A stretch of 64,000 nucleotides of DNA from Methanotrichaceae archaeon (GTDB lineage: Archaea; Halobacteriota; Methanosarcinia; Methanotrichales; Methanotrichaceae), in assembly GCA_963803145.1 (NCBI GenBank), contig CAWDLW010000017.1:193188-257187 (forward strand). The letters are read 5' to 3'. Shown here piece by piece: positions 10,778 to 20,292 of this stretch; within the stretch, counting starts at the first letter, position 1, and each line of letters opens with the position of its first letter. The notes under the pieces are model-generated. The model was given only the letters and a program-made list of their open reading frames with translations. It searched no databases and was not told the origin of the DNA. The position numbers were made by a program, and so were the translations under genes.

Positions 10778-10850
10778 GATGTGGTAAAGGAGGTCGGCAA
10801 AAGTCCTGGGTGTAGGAGGGAGAAAAACGGCTTAGACTTTTGCCATCACA
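10778..10850 (-). ncRNA. Candidate small RNA with anti-SD-like motifs (copy B; strand uncertain)
   Basis: Stem GGCAAAAGTC/GACTTTTGCC with loop CTCCCTCCTAC, then ACCTCCTT; BRE/TATA-like AAAAACTTATATA about 25 nt upstream on the minus strand. Confidence 0.45.
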
Positions 10851-10976
10851 ATTACTCGACATTTAACGTATATAAGTTTTTCTATCAACGACAATAGACG
10901 TATAAAGATATACTTTCCAGTCGGAGCGATCATTGTTCATTATCTCAGTTATCAGCTATATGAGCAGCCACTAAAA

Positions 10977-11432
10977 TTATTCACATGGCAGCCAATCGAT
11001 GCTTACAGATCCAACAGTGCTGTTGGACCACAGCTGAATAAATCTATCAACTGTGAATATGCCGGATACATCCTGGATGTTATGGCTCGAAACTACATGG
11101 CGACCATTATTATCCGCGGTGACAGCAGCGGATTCCGATACGCTATGCAGCTTGCCGCTGACATTTGCTCTCAAATCTGCATTTATGCCAGCAGGCATAC
11201 CAGAGGGACATCCAGGACCGTTAGAACTGGCCTCGATCGATGTGGATTCCACTAGCCGTTCTGCGCTGCTGTAATCATTTGTCAGGAGAGCACCTGCACT
11301 ATAGCTTTTCACACACACTAGCGAATTCCATTTCTGATTGTAAAGCGTTGCTGCAAAGAGAGGCATTGTTAACGTGGCAAGGCTGATTAGTGCCAGAATC
11401 ATCAGGGATATAGATATTGTCGAGCCTTTCAT
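10977..11432 (-). CDS. Exported hypothetical protein (paralog of 11568-12026)
   Basis: Signal peptide; CVKSYSAGA...GRH...FIQLWSNST...IDWLPC. Confidence 0.8.
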   Translation of the reverse strand: MKGSTISISLMILALISLATLTMPLFAATLYNQKWNSLVCVKSYSAGALLTNDYSSAERLVESTSIEASSNGPGCPSGMPAGINADLRANVSGKLHSVSESAAVTADNNGRHVVSSHNIQDVSGIFTVDRFIQLWSNSTVGSVSIDWLPCE

Positions 11433-11567
11433 TGCAACAGCTTCCTAAGGGGCATAAGAAGCGATCAGCTAACGTTATCAAACTAATATACTTAAAATAA
11501 TTTGTACTGTATTGTATTTATAGCTAATGCTGATTTAAATAGGAAATCAAGCTTTGGATATAGCATT

Positions 11568-12026
11568 TCAGGCACACGGCAGCCAGTCTATGCTGGGCCC
11601 TTCGGTTGTGCTATTGGACCACAGCTGCAAGAATTTAGCGATTGAGAAGACTCCTGTCACATCTTCGGAGCTTCTGCTCAGCACTGTATGGCGGCCCAAG
11701 CTGTTGATTGCTGGATTGATCGATTGCCAGGCAATATGTGCATCGCCGATTACCTCTGAGTTTATATCGGCCTCAAGTACGGCATTATCTGTACTATTCC
11801 TTCTTGATCTGCTCACGACCTGAGTATCTTTATTCAGGTACTCGAAGTCGGTATATGATTCTGTAATACTTGCGCCCGCATCGTAATTCTTAACGCATAG
11901 GGTATCCTCAGTTCTCATGTTGTTCATGGCCTGGTAAAAAGCGGCTGGCATCTCAGCAGTGGCAAGGATGGTAATAGCGATAATTGTGATCGCAATAATA
12001 GCAATTACCTTGAAGGTTGGCCTCAT
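11568..12026 (-). CDS. Exported hypothetical protein (paralog of 10977-11432)
   Basis: Signal peptide; CVKNYDAGA...GRH...FLQLWSNST...IDWLPC. Confidence 0.8.
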   Translation of the reverse strand: MRPTFKVIAIIAITIIAITILATAEMPAAFYQAMNNMRTEDTLCVKNYDAGASITESYTDFEYLNKDTQVVSRSRRNSTDNAVLEADINSEVIGDAHIAWQSINPAINSLGRHTVLSRSSEDVTGVFSIAKFLQLWSNSTTEGPSIDWLPCA

Positions 12027-12178
12027 TATCTTAACCCTACCACAAAACTAATTATCGCTTGATTGCCTATTAAATGTGTTGCCCGTCAAATAAAATTGAT
12101 GGAAAATATATACCTTAAGTGCATACCTTATCTGGAATATGGCGGTTTCATCTCAATTGGCTACTACTCAATTAGCTA

Positions 12179-13354
12179 CTATTTCGTAGATACTATCTTT
12201 ATCACATCGCTATCCTTCAGTTCGTACTTCTCTCCAAGCCTCATCTTCTTTTTTGCATCAATTGCAAAGAGGAAGCTCTCGCCGATATCTGAGTGGATGC
12301 GATAGGCCAGCTCCTTTGCAGTGCTACCGCGCTTCATGAGATATGCATCCGGCAGGATTATGCCGTTCTTATCTGTAAACTTATTTTCATCTTCAACAGG
12401 ATAGACTACGATATAATCCAGAAGATTAAAGACTGCATGGTTGATGCATTCTTGGATACCTGTTCCGCCATACTGCTTCATAACAGCCCTGATCTTCTCA
12501 AGGCCTGCAGCCTGAGCTTTGGTCAGCTGGCCTACCGTCTCGAAGTCAGGGTCTCCAGGCTTATACCGGATCAGCCCTGCCTTCTCTGCCATCCGTAGGG
12601 CAATCTCCGCTGCACCGCTCACGGGTATTACTATCTCACCCTTCAAAGCCAGAAGCTTATCAATGAACTCCTTGGGAGCAATATCAGTTTTGTTGGCAGC
12701 TATAATCATGGGCTTGCTGTATTTACGCAAGAGGCCGGCAAACCTTTTCAAATCATCGTCGCTCCAGCCTCCGGGATCTGTCTTCATCTCAGCAAGCGCT
12801 CGTCTGACGTGCGTATCCATAACACCAACACCGCCAAGCTGCTCGAATATTATCTGCTCTGGCTTTCCTCCAAGGGCGTTATAGCCGCGCATCAGCTTCT
12901 CCCAGTTTCTCTTGAGGATGCCGTAGATCCACATGCCTATCTCGTACTCAAGGAACTTCACATCGCTGATAGGGTCGTGGTTTCCTAGACCAATTGGATT
13001 TCCCTCTGCATCAGTTGAGCCTGATGCATCCAGAACATGGATGATCGACTCAGCCAGTCGAAGGCTATCAAGGAATTCATTTCCAAGACCTCTGCCGAGA
13101 TGGGCATCAGGCACAAGGCCAGCTACGTCTATCAGTTCGATTGCTATGAACCTCACGCCATCTTTACATTTTCCACAGCCCTGTGCTAGCCCTAGCTCCT
13201 TGCACGCGCAGGGCGCTCTGACATAGGATACTCCATGGTTTGCGTCTATCGTTGTGAAAGGGTAGTTCGCGATATCTACATCAACAAGGGTAGCGGCCTT
13301 GAAAAATGTGGATTTGCCTGAGTTCGGCTTTCCAGCCAATCCGACGGATAGCAT
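12179..13354 (-). CDS. ychF: Archaeal YchF/Obg-family NTPase with TGS domain
   Basis: GKPNSGKST, ANYPFTTI, DVAGLV, ANKTD; C-terminal TGS (LAYRIHSDIG). Confidence 0.9.
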   Translation of the reverse strand: MLSVGLAGKPNSGKSTFFKAATLVDVDIANYPFTTIDANHGVSYVRAPCACKELGLAQGCGKCKDGVRFIAIELIDVAGLVPDAHLGRGLGNEFLDSLRLAESIIHVLDASGSTDAEGNPIGLGNHDPISDVKFLEYEIGMWIYGILKRNWEKLMRGYNALGGKPEQIIFEQLGGVGVMDTHVRRALAEMKTDPGGWSDDDLKRFAGLLRKYSKPMIIAANKTDIAPKEFIDKLLALKGEIVIPVSGAAEIALRMAEKAGLIRYKPGDPDFETVGQLTKAQAAGLEKIRAVMKQYGGTGIQECINHAVFNLLDYIVVYPVEDENKFTDKNGIILPDAYLMKRGSTAKELAYRIHSDIGESFLFAIDAKKKMRLGEKYELKDSDVIKIVSTK

Positions 13355-13368
13355 ATCAATCGTTCGTC

Positions 13369-14472
13369 CTACCGTTTGATATCAAGCTTTGTTCCGCTCT
13401 CAGCAAGCTCCTTTGCCTTCTCCTCGAAGCGTTTGGATTTGCCTCCAGCCAGCCTCTTGATAAGGGTTAATCCTTTCTCAGAGATCGCTTTTTCCTGGAT
13501 GATATCGGCAGCAAGGGCGGAGTTGTAGAGCTGCTCACCCACATCGGTTCGCGGCATTACTGTAGACCAGCCCTCGGCAGATCCCACACTTCCAACGGAG
13601 ATATCTGCGAGTTCAGAGACTAGATCGAAGCAAGCCTCACATCCTTTGAATGTAAATCTATCAGTCTCTTCGAGCTTGACCTCGTGAACCTTGCCATCGT
13701 TAGCGATCACCCGGAACATGCCCTTTTTGATTTCGAACTTCTTAACGTCCTTGGGCTCGAGTCCAAAGAATCCCCTGACAACACCGTTCATTAGCGAGTC
13801 GTAGTCAAAGTTCTCCATGCAAAACAGCCCAATTAGAAGAGCTATCTTCTCCTGGCCAAACTCATACGGCTCTTCCAGCAATTGGATCTTTCTTAAAGCC
13901 TGGATCTGGCAGGGTGTCCCAACAAATCCTATCTTGCTGTATCCCTTCTCCAGTGCATCCTTTAACGCAATTACGCTATTGGAGATTGTATATTTCGTGC
14001 CAGCTGCAGCGGCGATCTCCTCGGCGGTTGTTGCAACATGAGGCACAGTTGCCCAGTTCTCATCCCTGTCGGTTACGATGGCACAGTCGATAATGCCTGC
14101 TTTCAGGGCATGAGCAAGAAGAACAGAGGCAATGCCGCCATCCTGTGCCTTATCTATCGCAGGCTTCGCCTGGGCCGAGGTCACCTTCCTGTAGATTCCC
14201 AGCGCTTCATCTTGGGTTCTGGATCTGCCGAAGAGCCTGCTCTCGAGGGCTGGCAAGTCGAGGGATGTCCTGGGGCAATAAGCGAAGCAAAGGCCGCAGA
14301 GGGGGTCATACTCCTTCAACTCCGGCCTGTTCTCCTTATGCTCAATCCTGGGGCAAATAGCCTCACAAGTACCGCATCTGCAGCATATCTCGGGGGTTAT
14401 AACTTTATGCTCCAGCTCTCCAAATCCGCATTCAAGATAAGTAGGTTCAGCATATTTTTCTTTGGCAGCCAT
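13369..14472 (-). CDS. Coenzyme F420 hydrogenase/dehydrogenase beta-subunit (FrhB) family protein with N-terminal ferredoxin
   Basis: CCRCGTCEAICP; AQDGG, GTKY, VGTPCQ, GLFCMENF, ADISVGSVG. Confidence 0.85.
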   Translation of the reverse strand: MAAKEKYAEPTYLECGFGELEHKVITPEICCRCGTCEAICPRIEHKENRPELKEYDPLCGLCFAYCPRTSLDLPALESRLFGRSRTQDEALGIYRKVTSAQAKPAIDKAQDGGIASVLLAHALKAGIIDCAIVTDRDENWATVPHVATTAEEIAAAAGTKYTISNSVIALKDALEKGYSKIGFVGTPCQIQALRKIQLLEEPYEFGQEKIALLIGLFCMENFDYDSLMNGVVRGFFGLEPKDVKKFEIKKGMFRVIANDGKVHEVKLEETDRFTFKGCEACFDLVSELADISVGSVGSAEGWSTVMPRTDVGEQLYNSALAADIIQEKAISEKGLTLIKRLAGGKSKRFEEKAKELAESGTKLDIKR

Positions 14473-14553
14473 AGCTGTGATCTCCGAAAAGTTGGTGGTC
14501 TACTAAAGGGCTTCAGACCTAAAGCTTTTATGGTTCGGATTCTGCATGGAAGC

Positions 14554-15507
14554 ATGATTCTGGGCCTGGATATCGGCGGAGCGAACACAAAGGCTGCGAG
14601 CTCAGACGGCAAATTCGCCGAGATTGTTTACATGCCTTTGTGGCGAAACGCCCCTTTGGATAGAGTTTTGGAGAGGCTAACAGAGCTCGAGCCGGAGGCC
14701 GTAGCGGTTGTTATGACTGGTGAACTGGCAGATTGCTATTCAAGCAAGATCGCAGGGATTGTAAGTATAAAATCTGCAGTCAAGGCAGCGTTCCATTGCC
14801 CAAGCTATTTCTGGGGTGTCTCTAGATTTAATCCACAAGATCCAATGGATTTGGCAGGAGCAAACTGGTCCGCTTCAGCTCGAGTGATCGCGAAGGATAT
14901 TGGCAACTGCATATTTGTGGATATGGGAAGTACAACGACTGATCTGATACCCATAAAAGAGCATCCTCTGGCAGAGACAACAGATTTTAAGCGTCTTATC
15001 AATGGCGAATTGATCTACATGGGCATGCTCAGAACGAGCCTTGCCTCTCTCCTTCATGCAGCAAGAATTCAGGGGAATTCAGCGCCTCTCTCATCAGAGT
15101 TGTTTGCAATCACGGGAGATGCCTATCTCGTTCTAAAGGAGATCAGCCAGGAAGGCTACAACTGCGATACGCCTGATGGCGCTGAGAAAAACTATGATGC
15201 CTCTCTGCGCAGGCTTGCTAGAACTGTCTGTGCAGATCTTGAGGAGATTGGTGAAGCAGGAGCGCTTGCTATAGCAGAACAGGTCCGAGATCGTCAGCAT
15301 AGGCTTCTCACGAATGCCATACGAAGACAAGCGAAAAAGCACCAATTAACGAGTGTAGTCGCTGCAGGTATCGGCGAGGAGATCATCGCCCTAGCAGCGT
15401 CTGGTCTTGGCATGGGCTGTATCAGGCTTTCAGAGAGGTACGGCAAAAATTTATCCGATATTTTCCCGGCCTTTGCGGTGGCAAGATTACTCGCAGAAAA
15501 ATTATAG
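14554..15507 (+). CDS. mfnF: MfnF-like methanofuran biosynthesis enzyme (hydantoinase/H4MPT-linked C1 transfer family)
   Basis: ILGLDIGGANTK, VMTGELAD, ANW, DMGSTTTDLIP, RLARTVCAD; start moved to ATG 14554. Confidence 0.8.
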   Translation: MILGLDIGGANTKAASSDGKFAEIVYMPLWRNAPLDRVLERLTELEPEAVAVVMTGELADCYSSKIAGIVSIKSAVKAAFHCPSYFWGVSRFNPQDPMDLAGANWSASARVIAKDIGNCIFVDMGSTTTDLIPIKEHPLAETTDFKRLINGELIYMGMLRTSLASLLHAARIQGNSAPLSSELFAITGDAYLVLKEISQEGYNCDTPDGAEKNYDASLRRLARTVCADLEEIGEAGALAIAEQVRDRQHRLLTNAIRRQAKKHQLTSVVAAGIGEEIIALAASGLGMGCIRLSERYGKNLSDIFPAFAVARLLAEKL

Positions 15508-15547
15508 AAAATGAAGCGGAATGCCACCTTTTTAAGGGAGGAAGCCA

Positions 15548-17158
15548 CTAGGATAAACCGTGGGTAAACGGTGCGAACACTGAGATTATCAGTGATGTCA
15601 GCACAAGCCAGGCCAGAATCGCAACGACAGTCCTTGTAAGTCTCTCTGCCTCCTTCACGCTAACAAATCTCTCAAATCCAGCCTGGACGAGATCTTTGAA
15701 TACATATCCTCCATCAAGGGGTACTGCAGGCAGGCAATTGAACAGACCTGCATAAAGGTTGATCCAGCCTATCCAGAGAAGTGTATTTGCTATCCAGAAG
15801 AAGTAGCCTCCAAGAGGCGCTGCCCACCCAGTCGGCACGAAGAAGTTAGTAGTCCATCCGCTAAAACCCTGGAATCCTCCTGATATCAGCCCTGAAATGC
15901 CTGTGAAGGGCAATGTGAGAAATATCGCAAAGAACCCAGAAATTCCTGCATAGGGCAGCCTCTTCAGTATATCCAGGAACTGTCTGGCAGGGAACTCCTG
16001 TAGTGTCATGCCGTCGATGTAGACTGCATTTCCTGAGATCGCTATACCTATCTGGCCTGTACCATCGAATTTAGGTGCTAGAGTGATGTTATAGCTTTGG
16101 CCGGTCGCAGCAGTAATAGTGATATTTTGCCCTGGACGAGTTGTATTCATGTATCTTCTGAAGCCATCGAGGTTACCAATTTTCATCCCGTTGATCTCAG
16201 TTATGACAGATTTTTCTGGAATGCGAGCATTTGCGGCAGGTGATCCATCGAAGATAGAGGCTACAAGGATCCCTTGAGCTGGAGTGCCTTGAATCGTAAT
16301 ATTCTTTTCATAGTTATCAAGAAGCGTCTCCATATGTGCCGGACCGTGCTGTAGTGCTTTGTAAACATCCGTAAGGTTATTCGTTTCCTTTGAGTTCACA
16401 TCCAGAATTATCGTCCTGCTCTGTAGGCCGGCTTGCTCGGCAATGGAACCGCTCTGGACGTCCGAGATCATTACCCTATCAACAGGCGCAATTGAGCCTA
16501 TGACAGGTCCAAAGAAAAGGGCTATGGCAATGGCGGCCACTATAAAGTTTGATATTACGCCAGCCGAAATTATCCTTATTCTGGCCCCTTTGCCGACTAT
16601 CGGCGGCTTATCCTTTGTCCCGTAGAGTTCTTCGTCATCGGGCTCGACGAATGCTGCTATGGGCGCTATCAGGATCGTCACAAGTCCCATTGATTTAACG
16701 CGAACCCCCTCTACCCTGCTGAGTATTCCATGGGAGAATTCGTGTACGACCATAGTCACGAAAAGGGCTATCCAGCCCCAGACAAATGGTATGTACTGGT
16801 TGACGCCTGGGATCAGCAGAATATTCCTGGGCGCGTTGTAGCTGCTGGGCTCAGGAGGAGATTTGATCATAAGATATGCCATGAGCAGAACAAGCACCAG
16901 AAAATAGCCCATGCTTAGTACAACGAGAGGGACGCCAGCAGTCGCGATGACTCTCCACAGCGTTTTGGGCCTGCTTAGCCTATCAAGCAGGTCAAGCCCG
17001 CGTTTAGTTCGTATGAATATCGCGACAGGAATTGGTCCCCATGTAGTTATCCCTCGTCGTTTCCAGTTCTCGCTGTTTTTTATGGGCCAAAGAATGATCG
17101 AGTATAGACCTATAGCGCAGGCCGCTATCAGTATCCAGTCATCGGTGGTCAATTGCAT
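15548..17158 (-). CDS. Site-2 intramembrane metalloprotease (M50) with PDZ domains
   Basis: HEFSH and NCLPAVPLDGG motifs; two PDZ-like segments. Confidence 0.9.
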   Translation of the reverse strand: MQLTTDDWILIAACAIGLYSIILWPIKNSENWKRRGITTWGPIPVAIFIRTKRGLDLLDRLSRPKTLWRVIATAGVPLVVLSMGYFLVLVLLMAYLMIKSPPEPSSYNAPRNILLIPGVNQYIPFVWGWIALFVTMVVHEFSHGILSRVEGVRVKSMGLVTILIAPIAAFVEPDDEELYGTKDKPPIVGKGARIRIISAGVISNFIVAAIAIALFFGPVIGSIAPVDRVMISDVQSGSIAEQAGLQSRTIILDVNSKETNNLTDVYKALQHGPAHMETLLDNYEKNITIQGTPAQGILVASIFDGSPAANARIPEKSVITEINGMKIGNLDGFRRYMNTTRPGQNITITAATGQSYNITLAPKFDGTGQIGIAISGNAVYIDGMTLQEFPARQFLDILKRLPYAGISGFFAIFLTLPFTGISGLISGGFQGFSGWTTNFFVPTGWAAPLGGYFFWIANTLLWIGWINLYAGLFNCLPAVPLDGGYVFKDLVQAGFERFVSVKEAERLTRTVVAILAWLVLTSLIISVFAPFTHGLS

Positions 17159-17311
17159 ATGGCTTAAATTTCCTCGCTTATTTTCTCACTATATTTCTAT
17201 CATGCACTGTATATAAACCCACTATAAACTCACGGAGAAAACTTAAGCCCTATGCCTATCGTATTAAGCTGTACGAAAATTGATGCTTAAAAGGATAATA
17301 GTAGTAGCCCT

Positions 17312-17854
17312 CTACAGGGCATCCTTATCTTTAAGCACTTCTTTGGCCATCTCCTGGTGTTTCCTCTCAAGGAAGCTGTAGACATTGCCATGAGGCGCAC
17401 CTTCGAGAAGCATTTCAATGGCCGCACGTGCGGTCGTGATCTGTTCAGGATAGCCTAGGAGTGAAACGGTCTTTCCATATACTGATACTTTGGCACCTGA
17501 CAGCCTCTCCATGATCTCTCGAGTCTTGCCATCCTTGCCGATTATCCTGCCTTTGATGCGTGCCATATCGCTTTTTGTGCCCACCATCTTCGAGAGGTCT
17601 AGGACATCTAGCATCAGCATTTCATCATCAAGAATGGGGAGTGCTCTCTCCGGGGAAAAGCCCCTGCCGATGGCACGTACAAGATCGGTCACTCTCATGG
17701 CGGAAATTGGGTCTTCAGAGGATTCTACTGTCACCATGCCGCTCTCGCTGTCTATTCCCAGTGCTGTCTTCGTCTTCTCCTCGATAAGGCACTTCATCGA
17801 TCCGTTCGGCCCTACCAGCACTCCGATACGTTCCTCAGGAATCTTGATCTGCAA
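17312..17854 (-). CDS. KH-domain rRNA-processing protein (Dim2/Pno1-like)
   Basis: RIGVLVGPNG, AIGRGFSPE, GRIIGKDG; conserved aIF1A-RIO1-KH gene order. Confidence 0.9.
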   Translation of the reverse strand: MQIKIPEERIGVLVGPNGSMKCLIEEKTKTALGIDSESGMVTVESSEDPISAMRVTDLVRAIGRGFSPERALPILDDEMLMLDVLDLSKMVGTKSDMARIKGRIIGKDGKTREIMERLSGAKVSVYGKTVSLLGYPEQITTARAAIEMLLEGAPHGNVYSFLERKHQEMAKEVLKDKDAL

Positions 17855-17868
17855 AATGATAACCTCCT

Positions 17869-18660
17869 TTACTGTTCGTCATGTTTTTCTGCGTCATTTT
17901 TTAGCTTAGCCCGGATCTCTTCCTCCGAGCCAATGCCATATTTCTTTTGGAAATAGCGTGCGATATTCTTTATATCGCGCTCAAGGAATTTCCTTGCCAT
18001 GGGGTGGTCCAGGGTTACAGACTGTCCCATGTCTATGATGATTGGCTCGTCGTCGTAAAGCACATTGAACTCGCTTAGATCCGAGTGCACAAGGTCTGCC
18101 TTATTGTAGAGCAACGAGATGTACTCTACAATCTTATCAAAGGCGCGCTCTGCCTCCTCTGGGCCAAGTTTAATGTCTTTCAGCGTCGGAGCTGGACTCC
18201 CCTTCTGACCAATAAGATCCATTATGAGAATATTCTCTCTCGTGTCTATAGGATGGGGCACACGAACGCCGACCTCTTCAGCGCGTTTAAGGTTCCTAAA
18301 CTCTTTTTTTGCCCAGGCAGAAACAATCGCCCTTCTGGTGCCCTTGATGTTTCCGAATCTGGGATCTCCATGTAAGTAATCCTGCATGGCCTTGAAGTTG
18401 CTAGTGGAGACCCTATATATCTTGATGGCCAGATCCTTCTGGCCGCAAGTTGCATAAAAGATGTTTGCCTCTTTGCCGGTGCTTATAGAACCGCCAAGGG
18501 TGTCAATGATGCCCTTGCTTGCAAGATCATAAAGGTTCTTAAGCGTGCGAGTATCAAATACGGCCTCCTGAACCTGCAGGTCATCGGAGTCCTTGATCCT
18601 CGTGCGAAGAACATCGATTTGAGTATCGAACTTTTCTTCGTTCTTATCCTGCTTGCTCAT
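17869..18660 (-). CDS. rio1: RIO1 serine kinase
   Basis: [31 protein letters not shown]. Confidence 0.9.
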   Translation of the reverse strand: MSKQDKNEEKFDTQIDVLRTRIKDSDDLQVQEAVFDTRTLKNLYDLASKGIIDTLGGSISTGKEANIFYATCGQKDLAIKIYRVSTSNFKAMQDYLHGDPRFGNIKGTRRAIVSAWAKKEFRNLKRAEEVGVRVPHPIDTRENILIMDLIGQKGSPAPTLKDIKLGPEEAERAFDKIVEYISLLYNKADLVHSDLSEFNVLYDDEPIIIDMGQSVTLDHPMARKFLERDIKNIARYFQKKYGIGSEEEIRAKLKNDAEKHDEQ

Positions 18661-18977
18661 GGAGTGCCTTTTAGGAAGCCCTTACGTTGCAGCCAGTCCA
18701 CCTGAGGTCCTGTGTATCTCCAGATCACGTCCGCCTTGTCGTCTTGAAACTCCCATGGTACGATTATGACTACGTCACCCTCTCTGATCCAAATTCTCTT
18801 CTTCATCTTGCCGGGTATGCGGGCCATGCGAGTTACGCCATCGAGGCCCCTGACCCTTATTCTGTTTGAGCCAAGCAGCCCCTCTACAAAGCCAAACAAC
18901 TCTCTTTCCTGCTTATGCGGAAGACGTACCCTGGTTACAACGCCCTCTTCATCACTCTTACTCTTACTCTTATACAG
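18657..18977 (-). CDS. eif1a: Translation initiation factor aIF-1A (probable CTG start)
   Basis: [28 protein letters not shown]; frame extends upstream through VTRVRLP to CTG at 18977 behind GAGGTGG; in-frame TGA further upstream. Confidence 0.85.
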   Translation of the reverse strand: MYKSKSKSDEEGVVTRVRLPHKQERELFGFVEGLLGSNRIRVRGLDGVTRMARIPGKMKKRIWIREGDVVIIVPWEFQDDKADVIWRYTGPQVDWLQRKGFLKGTP

Positions 18978-19137
18978 CTTACCACCTCTAATGATAAAAG
19001 TACCTCAGATCAATGGAATTTTGATTTCCTCTCGCACATATAGATTATAGATTTCCGGCGAGCTAAAGAATCTTTGGCGCCTCAAGAATAGAATCCATCT
19101 TAAATAGTTAAAGGTTGTGACGATCGGCTAATAATTA

Positions 19138-19211
19138 TGGGCCCGACGCGATTCGAACGCGCGATCCCCGCCGTGTGAAGGCGATGTCATAACCAGCTAG
19201 ACCACAGGCCC
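19138..19211 (-). tRNA. tRNA-Val(CAC)
   Basis: GGGCCTG...CGGGCCCA; anticodon arm TCGCC-TTCACAC-GGCGG; GTTCGAATC. Confidence 0.95.
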
Positions 19212-19331
19212 ACGAAAAGATGCAATAGGACAATTGTTATTAGTATCTTACCCTATGACATGGCATCCCTTCAGATCTCATAAGACGAAGCACAACATTT
19301 TAAATATCAATTCGCGAAATCAACTCTTCGA

Positions 19332-20123
19332 ATGAGTTTAAATTGGTCTAACCCAGTATATTCCTTATACGAGCGATTTCTTAGACGTGACGTACTGGCT
19401 GGACCATCTGTTAAGCACGTAGCCGTAATCCAGGATGGTAACCGGAGATATGCTAGAAGGATGGGCTTGCCTACCTTCCTAGGCCACAACCAGGGAGCAG
19501 AGACGGCGAGCAATGTCTCCGACTGGTGTCTTGAGCTGGGAGTAAAACATCTTACGGTCTATGCATTCTCAACAGAGAACTTCAAGAGGGATGAGGAGGA
19601 GAAGAGCTACCTCTTCGATCTAATAAAGAGCAAGTTTATAGAGATGTATAACTCTGAGAGGCTCCATCATAACCGCGTTCGTGTTAGGGCGATAGGCAGA
19701 GTTGATCTCCTTCCCAAGGATCTTCAGGAGGCAATACGCAGAGTGGAGGAGGCCACTCAGGGATATTCGGGTCTTTTCCTGAATGTTGCACTGGCCTATG
19801 GTGGACAATGTGAACTAGTTGATGCTGCTAAGGCTTTAGCCCGCGAGGTGGCAGCTCACAAGATTAGCGCAGGATCTGTAGATGAGAGTATCATAGCCAA
19901 ATACCTTTATCCGCATAATGGTGTCCCAGTTCCTAAGGTTGACCTGATAATAAGGACCGGTGGCGAGTTTCGTACCTCAAACTTCCTGCCCTGGCAGGCG
20001 AACGGCAACGAGTGTGCAGCATATTTTTGCGCACCATATTGGCCAGAATTTAGGAAGATTGATTTTCTAAGGGCGATACGAATCGCTCAGATAAGATTAT
20101 CATCAAGGGGCCAACAGGCTTAA
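19332..20123 (+). CDS. uppS: Polyprenyl (undecaprenyl) diphosphate synthase, cis-prenyltransferase
   Basis: HVAVIQDGNRR, YAFSTENF, DLIIRTGGE.RTSNFLPWQ. Confidence 0.92.
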   Translation: MSLNWSNPVYSLYERFLRRDVLAGPSVKHVAVIQDGNRRYARRMGLPTFLGHNQGAETASNVSDWCLELGVKHLTVYAFSTENFKRDEEEKSYLFDLIKSKFIEMYNSERLHHNRVRVRAIGRVDLLPKDLQEAIRRVEEATQGYSGLFLNVALAYGGQCELVDAAKALAREVAAHKISAGSVDESIIAKYLYPHNGVPVPKVDLIIRTGGEFRTSNFLPWQANGNECAAYFCAPYWPEFRKIDFLRAIRIAQIRLSSRGQQA

Positions 20124-20152
20124 TTACATGAAGCATGCCATGAACGCTCATT

Positions 20153-20242
20153 GTCCCGATGGGGTAGTGGACATCCCGAAGGCCTGCGGAGCAATCCCTG
20201 CGTAGAAAGCCTTCAACCCGGGTTCGAATCCCGGTCGGGACG
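20153..20242 (+). tRNA. tRNA-Arg(GCG) with 18-nt intron (20190-20207)
   Basis: Acceptor stem GTCCCGA/TCGGGAC; anticodon GCG at 20186-20188; intron at 37/38 forms a bulge-helix-bulge (CTGC pairs with GTAG). Confidence 0.9.
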
Positions 20243-20292
20243 CTTATTTACGAGCAATTAAGAAAATATAAACTCAAAAATCACATTATAGT

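Noticed and set aside
14038-14553. N-terminal 172 aa of the 489-aa ORF
   Set aside because: Antisense overlap with the FrhB-family gene; family similarity begins at MILGLDIGG (14554)
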